From Camelus ferus (Eukaryota), in the NCBI RefSeq assembly GCF_009834535.1, contig NC_045697.1:119910001-119974000 (forward strand): a stretch of 64,000 nucleotides of DNA, written 5' to 3'. Below are positions 1 through 12,800 of the stretch, one piece after another; within the stretch, counting starts at the first letter, position 1; the number at the start of each line of letters is the position of its first letter. The translations under genes and the position numbers were made by a program. The notes below the pieces were generated by a model, which was not told the DNA's origin, searched no databases, and saw only the letters and a list, made by a program, of their open reading frames with translations.

Positions 1-3000
1 AAAAATAATGTTTCTATCAGTACCCCGGCATTGCTGTGTGTTGGATGATCCTCCAAACCCTCAGGATTCTGGAACAAGACATTGCATGTTGGGAGTTGTG
101 GAGCCCCAATCCACGCAGAAGGATGGGGTAACAGATTTGTCACTGTTAGGGAGAAGTCCGCTAATTACCTCCACAGTGCGTCTTGGGGCACTCGCTGCTT
201 CTTGGCTTTTCAGCCAATCCCCCAGAATTCACTCGCAGCCCGGCCTTTGAAACACTCAGGGCAATTAAGCTAAGGTTCTACAGGAACCCAAGTGCTGCAG
301 ACAGTTGTAGGAACCTCCCCACACTCAGGATAAAAGAACAATTCTTTGAGTGTCTGATAGAGATGGGTAAACTAACTCCACGGTTGTTTCAGGTGGTACA
401 GGCGATTTTAGGTTGTGGAAATTCGTATAATTACTTCCAAAGTCCATGGGGTGGCCCTTGCATTTGCTTGGATTTCCAGCCCTACCCCCAGCATTTCCTC
501 GCAGCCCGGCCTGGGAAAAACTCAGGGAATAAAAGCTACAGGTTCTGTTAGAACAATCTTGCTCCTGAAAGTTGTAGAAACCTCCCCAAACTAAGAAAAA
601 GAGAACACTACTTTGTGTGTGTGATGGAGTAGGAAAAAACAAAAAAGGCTTGTTTCTGGGTTGCAGGTGATCCCAGGATGTGAGATGTTGGCTAATTACC
701 TCCACTGTCCATGGTGAGGCACTCTGATTTTCTTCGTTTTCCAGCCCTACTCCCAGCATTCCGTTGCTGCACGGGGTGGGAATACACCCAGGGATGACAA
801 ACTAAGTAATTCTATCAGAACCACGGCGCTGCTGTCTGTTGCAGGAACCTCCACACACACAGGATTCCCCAAACCGGCTTTGATTGTGGAGTTCTGAAGC
901 CCCACTCCACACACATGGCTGGGGGCACAAGTATTTCCCTGTTATTGAGAAGTCATTTAATTACCTCCACAGTGCATCTTGGGGCACTCGCTGCTTCTTG
1001 GCTTCTCAGCCAATTCCCCAGATTTCACTCTCAGCCCGGTCTCGGAAAACACTCAGGGAAGGAAAGCTACAAGTTCTATTAGAACCCAGGCGATCCTGAC
1101 AGTTGTAGAAAACTCAACATACTAAGGAAAACAGAATACTCCTTTGTGTGTGTGATGGAGTAGGAAAACACACTAAAGGCATGTTTATGGGTTGCAGGTG
1201 TTCCCAGGATGGGAGATGTTGGCTAATTACCTCCACTGCCCATGGGGAAGCACTCTCTTCACTTCGATTTCCAGCCCTAATCCTAGCATACCCTTGCAGC
1301 CCGACCGTGGGAAACACCCAGGGATTAAAAATCTAAGACATTCTGTCAGAACCATGGAGCTGCTGTCTGTTGGAGGAACCTCCAAACACTCACGATTCCG
1401 GAACACGGCTTTGTTGGGGGGAGTGGTGAAGCCGCACTGCACACTCACTGCTGGGGGCACATGATATTCCCTGTTAGGGTGAAGTCTGCTAATTACATCC
1501 ACAATCCATCTAGGGGCACTCGCTGCTACTTGGCTTTCCATACCAACCCCCAGCTTTCCCTCACAGCCCGGCCTGGGTAAACACTCAGGGATAATATGCT
1601 ATTGGTTGTATTGGAACCCAGGTGCTACCTACCGTTGTAGGAAACATCCCACACCTAGGATAACAGAAGAAATTTTTGAGGGTCTGTTGGAGATGTGTAA
1701 ACAAGCTCCACTCATGTTTCTGGGGGCACAGGTGTTCCAAGGCTGTGGGACGTCGGAAAAATACCTCACAATTTCATGGGGAGTAACATGCAACTTCTAC
1801 GAATTTCAGCCCAACCCACAGCTTTACCTCGCAGTCAGGCCTGTGAAAACAATCACGGATAAGGAAATACTGGTGCTATTATATCCCAGGCGCTGTTCAT
1901 AGTTGTAGAAACCTCCCCACACTCAGGATAGTGGAACACATCTTTGTGTGTATGATGGTATAGGAAAATACACTCCAGGCATGTTTCTGGGGGTACATCT
2001 GTTCCCAGGTTTGGAGATGTCGCCTAATTAACTCCACTGCCAATTGGGAGGCACTCTCTACTTCTTCGCTTTCCAGACAAACTCCAACATATCCCTTGCA
2101 GTCCGGCCTAAGAAAACACCTAGATATGACAATATTAGTCATTTTATCAGAACCACGGCGCTGCTGTCGGTAGGAGGTTCCCAACACACTCAAAATTCCG
2201 GAACACGGCTTTGCTTGGTGGAGGTGTGGAGCCTCACACCACACAGATGACTGGGGGCACAGGAATTCCCTGTTTATGAGAAGTCCGCTAATTACCTCTA
2301 CAGTCAATCTCTAGGCACTTGTTGCTACTTGGCTTTCCAGCCGAACCCACAGATTTCCCTCGCAGCCCGCCCTGGAAGACACTCAGAAGAAAGTATGCTA
2401 GTGGTTCTAATGGAACACAGGCACTGCAGACCGTTGTAGGAACCACCGCACACGCAGGATAACAGAACATATTTTTGTTTATGATTGAGATGGTAAAATC
2501 TCCAAGCATGTTTCAGGGGGTACAGGTATTCCTAGGTTGTGGGAGGTCAGATACTTCCCACTACTGCCCATGGGGAGGAAATCGCTCCTGCTTGGCTTTC
2601 CAGCCCATTCCCAGTTTCCCTTGCAACCCAGCCTGAGAGAACACTCAGAAAATGTTGCTTAATTTTTAATTAGAACCCAGGCGCTTCTGACAGTTGTAGA
2701 AACCTCCCAATACACAGGGTAACAGAACACTTCTTTGTGTGTGTTATGTAGTAGGAAAACACACTCCATGCATGTTTCTGGGGTGCAGGTTTAACCAGGT
2801 TGGGAGACGTTGGCTAATTATCTCCAGAGTCCATGTGGAGGCACTCTGTTTTTCTTCGTTTTCCAGCCCTACTCCCAGCATTCCCTTGCAGCCCGGGATA
2901 GGAAAACACCCAGGGATGACAGACTAAGTACTTCTATCAGAACCCTGGCGCTGCTATCTTTGGAGGGACTTCCAAACACACAGGATTCCCAAACACGGCT

Positions 3001-6000
3001 TTGCTTGTGTGAGTTGTGAATCCCCACAGCACACACATGGCTGGGGGCACAAGTTTTTACCTGTTAGGGAGAAGTCCGCTAATTACCTGAACAGTCCATC
3101 TCGGGGCACTCCCTGCTACATGGATTTCCAGCCCAACCCCCAGGTTTCCCTTGCAGCCCGGCCTGGGGTAACACACAAGTAAAAGAACTACTGGTGCTAT
3201 AAGAACCCATGCGCTGCTGAGAATTGTGGAAATCTTCGAACACTCAGGATAACAGAACAAATCTTTCTGTGTGTGATGTAGTAGAAAAACACATGCCAGG
3301 CATTTTTTTGGGGATCCAGGTTTTCCCAGGTTGGGAGATGTCGGCTACATTCCTTCGCTGCTCATGGGCAGTCACTGACTTCTTCTTCGATTTCAAGTCC
3401 AACTCCCAGCTTTCCCTAGTAGCCCGGACTAGTGAAACACCCAGGGATGAAAAATAATGTTTCTATCAGTACCCCGGCATTGCTGTGTGTTGGATGATCC
3501 TCCAAACCCTCAGGATTCTGGAACAAGACATTGCATGTTGGGAGTTGTGGAGCCCCAATCCACGCAGAAGGATGGGGTAACAGATTTGTCACTGTTAGGG
3601 AGAAGTCCGCTAATTACCTCCACAGTGCGTCTTGGGGCACTCGCTGCTTCTTGGCTTTTCAGCCAATCCCCCAGAATTCACTCGCAGCCCGGCCTTTGAA
3701 AACACTCAGGGCAATTAAGCTAAGGTTCTACAGGAACCCAAGTGCTGCAGACAGTTGTAGGAACCTCCCCACACTCAGGATAAAAGAACAATTCTTTGAG
3801 TGTCTGATAGAGATGGGTAAACTAACTCCACGGTTGTTTCAGGTGGTACAGGCGATTTTAGGTTGTGGAAATTCGTATAATTACCTTCCACAGTCCATGG
3901 GGTGGCCCTTGCATTTGCTTGGATTTCCAGCCCTACCCCCAGCATTTCCTCGCAGCCCGGCCTGGGAAAAACTCAGGGAATAAAAGCTACAGGTTCTGTT
4001 AGAACAATCTTGCTCCTGAAAGTTGTAGAAACCTCCCCAAACTAAGAAAAAGAGAACACTACTTTGTGTGTGTGATGGAGTAGGAAAACACACTAAAGGC
4101 ATGTTTCTGGGGTGCAGGTGTTCCCAGGAAGGGAGATTTTGGCTAATTACCTCCACTGCCCATGGGGAGGCACTCTGATTTTCTTCGTTTTCCAGCCCTA
4201 CTCCCAGCATTCCATTGCTGCACGGGGTAGGAAAACACCCAGGGATGACAAACTAATTAATACTATCAGAAAACCGGCGCTGCCGTCTGTTGCAGGAACC
4301 TCTACACACACAGGATTCCCAAACACGGCTTTGACTGGGGAGTTGTGAAGTCCCACTCCACACACATGGCTGGGGGCACAAGTATTTCCCTTTTATTGAG
4401 AAGTCAGTTAATTACCTCCACAGTGCATCTTGGGGCACTCGCTGCTTCTTGGCTTCTCAGCCAATTCCCCAGATTTCACTCTCAGCCCGGTCTCGGAAAA
4501 CACTCAGGGAAGGAAAGCTACAAGTTCTATTAGAACCCAGGCGATCCTGACAGTTGTAGAAAACTCAACATACTAAGGAAAACAGAATACTCCTTTGTGT
4601 GTGTGATGGAGTAGGAAAACACACTAAAGGCATGTTTATGGGTTGCAGGTGTTCCCAGGATGGGAGATGTTGGCTAATTACCTCCACTGCCCATGGGGAA
4701 GCACTCTCTTCACTTCGATTTCCAGCCCTAATCCTAGCATACCCTTGCAGCCCGACCGTGGGAAACACCCAGGGATTAAAAATCTAAGACATTCTGTCAG
4801 AACCATGGAGCTGCTGTCTGTTGGAGGAACCTCCAAACACTCACGATTCCGGAACACGGCTTTGTTGGGGGGAGTGGTGAATCCGCACTGCACACTCACT
4901 GCTGGGGGCACATGATATTCCCTGTTAGGGTGAAGTCTGCTAATTACATCCACAATCCATCTAGGGGCACTCGCTGCTACTTGGCTTTCCATACCAACCC
5001 CCAGCTTTCCCTCACAGCCCGGCCTGGGTAAACACTCAGGGATAATATGCTATTGGTTGTATTGGAACCCAGGTGCTACCTACCGTTGTAGGAAACATCC
5101 CACACCTAGGATAACAGAAGAAATTTTTGAGGGTCTGTTGGAGATGTGTAAACAAGCTCCACTCATGTTTCTGGGGGCACAGGTGTTCCAAGGCTGTGGG
5201 ACGTCGGAAAAATACCTCACAATTTCATGGGGAGTAACATGCAACTTCTACGAATTTCAGCCCAACCCACAGCTTTACCTCGCAGTCAGGCCTGTGAAAA
5301 CAATCACGGATAAGGAAATACTGGTGCTATTATATCCCAGGCGCTGTTCATAGTTGTAGAAAACTCCCCACACTCAGGATAGTGGAACACATCTTTGTGT
5401 GTATGATGGTATAGGAAAATACACTCCAGGCATGTTTCTGGGGGTACATCTGTTCCCAGGTTTGGAGATGTCACCTAATTAACTCCACTGCCAATTGGGA
5501 GGCACTCTCTACTTCGCTTTCCAGACAAACTCCAACATATCCCTTGCAGTCCGGCCTAAGAAAACACCTAGATATGACAATATTAGTCATTTTATCAGAA
5601 CCACGGCGCTGCTGTCAGTAGGAGGTTCCCAACACACTCAAAATTCCGGAACACGGCTTTGCTTGGTGGAGGTGTGGAGCCTCACACCACACAGATGACT
5701 GGGGGCACAGGAATTCCCTGTTTATGAGAAGTCCGCTAATTACCTCTACAGTCAATCTCTAGGCACTTGTTGCTACTTGGCTTTCCAGCCGAACCCACAG
5801 ATTTCCCTCGCAGCCCGCCCTGGAAGACACTCAGAAGAAATATGCTAGTGGTTCTAATGGAACACAGGCACTGCAGACCGTTGTAGGAACCACCGCACAC
5901 GCAGGATAACAGAACATATTTTTGTTTATGATTGAGATGGTAAAATCTCCAAGCATGTTTCAGGGGGTACAGGTATTCCTAGGTTGTGGGAGGTCAGATA

Positions 6001-9000
6001 CATCCCACTACTGCCCATGGGGAGGAAATCGCTCCTGCTTGGCTTTCCAGCCCATTCCCAGTTTCCCTTGCATCCCAGCCTGAGAGAACACTCAGAAAAT
6101 GTTGCTTAAGTTTTAATTAGAACCCAGGCGCTTCTGACAGTTGTAGAAACCTCCCAATACACAGGGTAACAGAACACTTCTTTGTGTGTGTTATGTAGTA
6201 GGAAAACACACTCCATGCATGTTTCTGGGGTGCAGGTTTAACCAGGTTGGGAGACGTTGGCTAATTATCTCCAGAGTCCATGTGGAGGCACTCTGTTTTT
6301 CTTCGTTTTCCAGCCCTACTCCCAGCATTCCCTTGCAGCCCGGGATAGGAAAACACCCAGGGATGACAGACTAAGTACTTCTATCAGAACCCTGGCGCTG
6401 CTATCTTTTGGAGGGACTTCCAAACACACAGGATTCCCAAACACGGCTTTGCTTGTGTGAGTTGTGAATCCCCACAGCACACACATGGCTGGGGGCACAA
6501 GTTTTTACCTGTTAGGGAGAAGTCCGCTAATTACCTGAACAGTCCATCTCGGGGCACTCCCTGCTACATGGATTTCCAGCCCAACCCCCAGGTTTCCCTT
6601 GCAGCCCGGCCTGGGGTAACACACAAGTAAAAGAACTACTGGTGCTATAAGAACCCATGCGCTGCTGAGAATTGTGGAAATCTTCGAACACTCAGGATAA
6701 CAGAACAAATCTTTCTGTGTGTGATGTAGTAGAAAAACACATGCCAGGCATTTTTTTGGGGATCCAGGTTTTCCCAGGTTGGGAGATGTCGGCTACATTC
6801 CTTCGCTGCTCATGGGCAGTCACTGACTTCTTCTTCGATTTCAAGTCCAACTCCCAGCTTTCCCTAGTAGCCCGGACTAGTGAAACACCCAGGGATGAAA
6901 AATAATGTTTCTATCAGTACCCCGGCATTGCTGTGTGTTGGATGATCCTCCAAACCCTCAGGATTCTGGAACAAGACATTGCATGTTGGGAGTTGCGGAG
7001 CCCCAATCCACGCAGAAGGATGGGGTAACAGATTTGTCACTGTTAGGGAGAAGTCCGCTAATTACCTCCACAGTGCGTCTTGGGGCACTCGCTGCTTCTT
7101 GGCTTTTCAGCCAATCCCCCAGAATTCACTCGCAGCCCGGCCTTTGAAAACACTCAGGGCAATTAAGCTAAGGTTCTACAGGAACCCAAGTGCTGCAGAC
7201 AGTTGTAGGAACCTCCCCACACTCAGGATAAAAGAACAATTCTTTGAGTGTCTGATAGAGATGGGTAAACTAACTCCACGGTTGTTTCAGGTGGTACAGG
7301 CGTTTTTAGGTTGTGGAAATTCGTATAATTACTTCCAAAGTCCATGGGGTGGCCCTTGCATTTGCTTGGATTTCCAGCCCTACCCCCAGCATTTCCTCGC
7401 AGCCCAGCCTGGGAAAAACTCAGGGAATAAAAGCTACAGGTTCTGTTAGAACAATCTTGCTCCTGAAAGTTGTAGAAACCTCCCCAAACTAAGAAAAAGA
7501 GAACACTACTTTGTGTGTGTGATGGATTAGGAAAAAAAACAAAGGCTTGTTTCTGGGTTGCAGGTGATCCCAGGATGTGAGATGTTGGCTAATTACCTCC
7601 ACTGTCCATGGTGAGGCACTCTGATTTTCTTCGTTTTCCAGCCCTACTCCCAGCATTCCCTTGCTGCACGGGTTAGGAATACACCCAGGGATGACAAACT
7701 AAGTAATTCTATCAGAACCACGGCGCTGCCGTCTGTTGCAGGAACCTCCACACACACAGGATTCCCCAAACCGGCTTTGATTGTGGAGTTCTGAAGCCCC
7801 ACTCCACACACATGGCTGGGGGCACAAGTATTTCCCTGTTATTGAGAAGTCAGTTAATAACCTCCACAGTGCATCTTGGGGCACTCGCTGCTTCTTGGCT
7901 TTTCAGCCAATTCCCCAGATTTCACTCTCAGCCCGGTCTCGGAAAACACTCAGGGAAGGAAAGCTACAAGTTCTATTAGAACCCAGGCGATCCTGACAGT
8001 TGTAGAAACCTCAACATACTAAGGAAAACAGAATACTACTTTGTGTGTGTGATTTAGTAGGAAAACACACTAAAGGCATGTTTCTGGGGTGCAAGTGTTC
8101 CCAGGATGGGAGATGTTGGCTAATTACCTCCACAGCCCATGGGGAAGCACTCTCTACACTTTGATTTCCAGCCCTAAACCTAGCATTCCCTTGCAGCTGG
8201 ACCGTGGAATACACCCAGGGATTAAAAATCTAAGACATTCTGTCCGAACCATGGAGCTCCTCTCTGTTGGAGGAACCTCCAAACACTCACGATTCCGGAA
8301 CACGGCTTTGTTGGGGGGAGTGGTGAAGCCCCACTGCACACTCACTGTTGGGGGCACATGATTTTCCCTGTTAGGGAGAAGTCTGCTATTTACATCCATA
8401 TTCCATCTAGGGGCACTCGCTTCTACTTGGCTTTCCATACCAACCCCCAGATTTCCCTCACATCCCGGCCTGTTAAACACTAATGGATACTATGCTTTTG
8501 GTTTTATTGGAACACAGGCGCTACCTACCTTTGTAGGAAACATCCTACACTTAGGATAACAGAAGAAATCTTTGTGGGTCTGATGGAGATGGGTAAACAA
8601 ACTCCACGCATGTTTGGGGGGCACAAGTGTTCCAAGGCTGTGGGACGTCGGAATAATACCTCAAATTTTCATGGGGTGTAACTTGCTGCTTCTACGAATT
8701 TCAGCCGAAACCACAGCTTTACTTCGCAGCCAGGCCTGTGAAAACAATCACGGAAAAGAAAATACTGGTGCTATTATATCCCAGGTGCTGTTCACAGCTG
8801 TAGAAAACTCCCCACACTCAGGATAGCGGAACACATCTTTGTGTGTATGATGGTTTAGGAAAACACACTCCAGGCATATTTCTGGGGGGACACCTCTTCC
8901 CAGGTTTGGAGATGTCGCCTAAATACCTCCACTGCCAATAGGGAGGCACTCTCTACTTCTTCGCTTTGCAGACCAACTCCCACATATCCCTTGCAGCCCG

Positions 9001-9810
9001 GCTTAAGAAAACACCTAGTTATGACAATATTAGTTATTCTATAAGAACCCCGTCTCTGCTGTCGGTAGGAGGTTCTCAACACACTCAAAAATCCGGAACA
9101 CGGCTTTGCTTGGTGGAGGTGTGGAGTCTCACAACACACAGAGGACTGGGAACACAGGAATTCCCTGTTTATGAGAAGTAAGCCTATTACCTCTACAGTC
9201 AATCTCTAGGCACTTGTTTCTACTTGGTTTTCCAGCCGAACCCGCAGGTTTCCCTCGCAGCCCGCCCTGGAAGACAGTCAGAAGAAATATGATAGTGGTT
9301 CTAATTGAAAACAGGCACTGCAGACCATTGTAGGAACCACCGCACACACAGGATAACAGAACATATTTTTGTGTCTGATTGAGATGGTAAAACCTCCACG
9401 CATGTATAAGGTGGTACAGGTATTTCTAGGCTGTGAGAGGTCAGATAATTCCCACTACTGCCCATGGGGAATAAATCGCTCCTGCTTGGCTTTCCAGCCC
9501 ATCCCCAGTTTCCCTTGCAACCCAGCCTGAGAGAACACTCAAAAAATGTAGCGTAATTTTTAATTAGAACCCAGGCGATGTTGACAGTTGTAGAAACCTC
9601 CCAATACACAGGGTAACAGAACACTTCTTTGTGTGTGCTATGTAGTAGGAAAACACACTCCATGCATGTTTCTGGGGTGCAGGTTTAAGCAGGTTGTGAG
9701 ACGTTGGCTAATTATCTCCAGAGTCCATGTGGAGGCACTCTGTTTTTCTTCATTTTCCAGCCCTTCTCCCAGCTTTCCCTTGCAGCCCGGGTTAGGAAAA
9801 CACCCAGGGA
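1..9810. repeat. 13-monomer HOR (3449 bp), about 2.8 copies, class order BCA-BA-BCA-BCA-BA
   Basis: AAAAATAATGTTTCTATCAGTACCCCGG starts at 1, 3450 and 6898. Near-identical spurious ORFs start at 8, 3457 and 6905. 3449/13 = 265.3. Confidence 0.95.
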
Positions 9811-12800
9811 TGAGAAACTAAATCATTTTATCAGAACCAGTGTGCTGCTATATGTGTGGAGGAACCTCCAAACACTCAGGATTCCGGAACACGGATTTGC
9901 TTGTTGCGAATTGTGAAGCCTCACCGCACACTCAATCCTGGGGCCCAAGATTTTCCCTTTTAGGGCCAAGTCCACTAATTACCTCCATAGTCCATCTTGG
10001 GGCACTCGCTGCTACTTGGAATCCCAGCCCAACCCCCATGTTTAACTTGAAGCCCGGCCTGGGGTAACACAGAACGAAAAAAAGCTATTGGTGTTATTAG
10101 AACGCATGCACTGCTGACAATTGTAAAAATCTTCAAACACTCAGAATAACAGTACATATCTTTCTGTGTGTGATGGAGTAGGAAAACACACTCCAGGCAT
10201 TTTTCTGGTGATGCAGGTTTTCCCAGGTTGGGAGATGTCGGCTTGTTTCCTTCAGTGCCCATGGGGTGGCACTGTCTTCTTCTTCATTTTCAAGCCCAAC
10301 TCCAAGCTTTCCCTTGCAGCCCGGCCTCGGAAAGCACACAGGAAAAATATGTTATTGGTTGTAACAGAAGCCAGTCTCTACCTACCATTGTAGGAATCTT
10401 CCCACAACTAGGATAAAAGAAGAAACATTTGTGTGTCTAATGGAGATGGGTAAACAAACTCCAAGCATTTATCAGGGTGCTTAGGGTTTCCAACGCTGTG
10501 GGACGTCGGAAAATTACCTCAAATTCTCATGCGTACTAACTCGCAGCTGCTACGAATTACAGCCAAGCCCACAGATATACCTGGCAGCCAGGACTGTGAA
10601 AAAACTCATGGAAAACAAAATAATGGTGCTACTAGAACCCAGCCGATGCTGAAATTTGTAGAATACTCCGCACACGCAGGATAGCAGAACAAATTTTTGT
10701 GTGTGTGATGGTGTAGGTAAATACACTACAGGCATGTTTGTGGTGTTACAGGTGTTCCCAGGTTTGGAGATGTCGCCTAATTACCTCCACTTCCAATGGG
10801 GAGGCACTCTATACTTCTTCGCTTTCCAGACCAACTCACTGCTTTCATTTGAAGCCAGGCCTAAGGAAACACCTAGGGATGACAATATTATTGATTCTAT
10901 GAGAAACCCCGCTCTGCTGCCTGTTGGAGGTACAACACACACTCAAAATTCCGGAACATGGCTTTGCTTGTTGGAGGTATGGAGACAAACACCACAAGAT
11001 GCCTGGGGGCACAGTTACTCTCTGTTTGGGAGAATTCCGCTATTTACCTTTACAGTCAATTTCTGGGCAATCCTGACTACTTGGCTTTCCAGCCGAACAA
11101 CCAGTTTCCCGCGCAGCCCGCCCTTGAAAGCACTCAGAGATTATAAGCTAGTGGTTCTATTGGAACCCAGGCACTGCAGACCATTTTAGGAAGCTCCGCA
11201 CACGCAGGATAACAGAACACTTTTTTTGTGTCTGATTGAGATTCGAAAAACTCCACGCATGTTTCAGGGGGTACAGGTTTTCCTAGGTTGGGGGTGGTCA
11301 GATTATTCCCATTAATGCCCAAGGGGAGGTAATCGCTCCTGCTTGGATTTCCATCCCATCCCCCAGTTTCCCTTGCAACCCAGCCAGAGAAAGCAGTCAG
11401 GAAATTTAGCTAAATTTTCTATTAGAACCCAGGCGCTTCTGACAGTTGTAGAAACTTCTCCATACACAGTTAAACAGAACACTTCTTTGTGTGTGTTATT
11501 GAGAAGGAAAACCGAGTCCATGAATGTTTCTGGGGTGCAGGTGTAACTAGGCTGTGAGACGTTGGCTAAGTATCTCCACAGCCCATGGGGAGGCACTCTG
11601 TTTTTCTTCGTTTTCCAGCCCTACTCCCAGGTTTCCCTTGCAGCCCGGGTTGGAAAACACCCAGGGATGACAAAGTAAATGATTATATCAGAACCCAGGC
11701 GCTGCTGTCTGTTGGAGGAACCTCCACACACACAGAATTAACAAACACGTCTTTGCTTTGGAGAATTGTGAAGCCCCACTCCACACACATGTCTGAGGGC
11801 ACAAGTTTTTCCCTGTTAGGTAGAAGTACGCTAATTACCTCTACAGACCATCGTGGGGAACTCGCTTCTTCTTGGATTTCCATCCCAACACCCAGGATTC
11901 CCTTGCAGCCTGGCCTGGGGAAACACACAGGGAAAAGTATCTACTGGTGCTATTAGAACACATGCGTGCTGACAATTGCGGAAAACTACGAACACTCATG
12001 ATAACAGCCCACATCTTTCTGTGTTTGATGGAGTATTAAAACACACTCCAGGCATTTTTTGGGGATCCAGTTTTTCCCAGGTTGGGAGATGTCGGCTAGA
12101 TTCCTTCACTGCCCATTGGGATGCATTGACTTCTTCTTCGTTTTCAAGCCCAACTCCCAACTTTCACTTGCATCCCGGTCTAGGATTATACCCAGGGATG
12201 ACAGTCTTAGTGATTTTATCAGAGCTACGATGCTGCTGTCATTTTTAGGAACTTCCAGAACCTTAGGATTCTGGATCACGGCTATGCTTGGGGGTAGCTT
12301 TGGAGACCCACACCACAGAGATGGCTGGGGGCACAGATTTTTCCCTGTTAGGGAGATGTCCGCTAATTACCTCCACAGTCCATCCCGGGTCACTCGCTGC
12401 TACATGGCTTTCCAGCACAAGCGCAGCATTCCCTCACAGGCCGGCCTGGGAAAACAATCAGGGATAATAACCCAGTGGTTCTATTGGAACCCAGGTGCTG
12501 CAGAACATTGTAGGATACTCCGCACACCCAGGAAAACAGAACACTTCTTTGTGTGTCTCATGAAGTTTCGTAAAAAACTCCACGCGTGTATCAGGGGTTA
12601 AAGTGTTGCTAGATACTGGGAGTTAGGATAATTCCCACCAATGCCCATGGGGAGGCACTCGCTCCTGCTTGGCTTTCCAGCCCAAACCCCAGGTTTCCCT
12701 CTCAGCCCGGCCTGGGAAAACACTCAGGGATTATATGCTATTGGTTGTATTGAAACCCAGTAGCTACCTACCGTTGTAGGCTCCTTCCCACATGTGGGAT

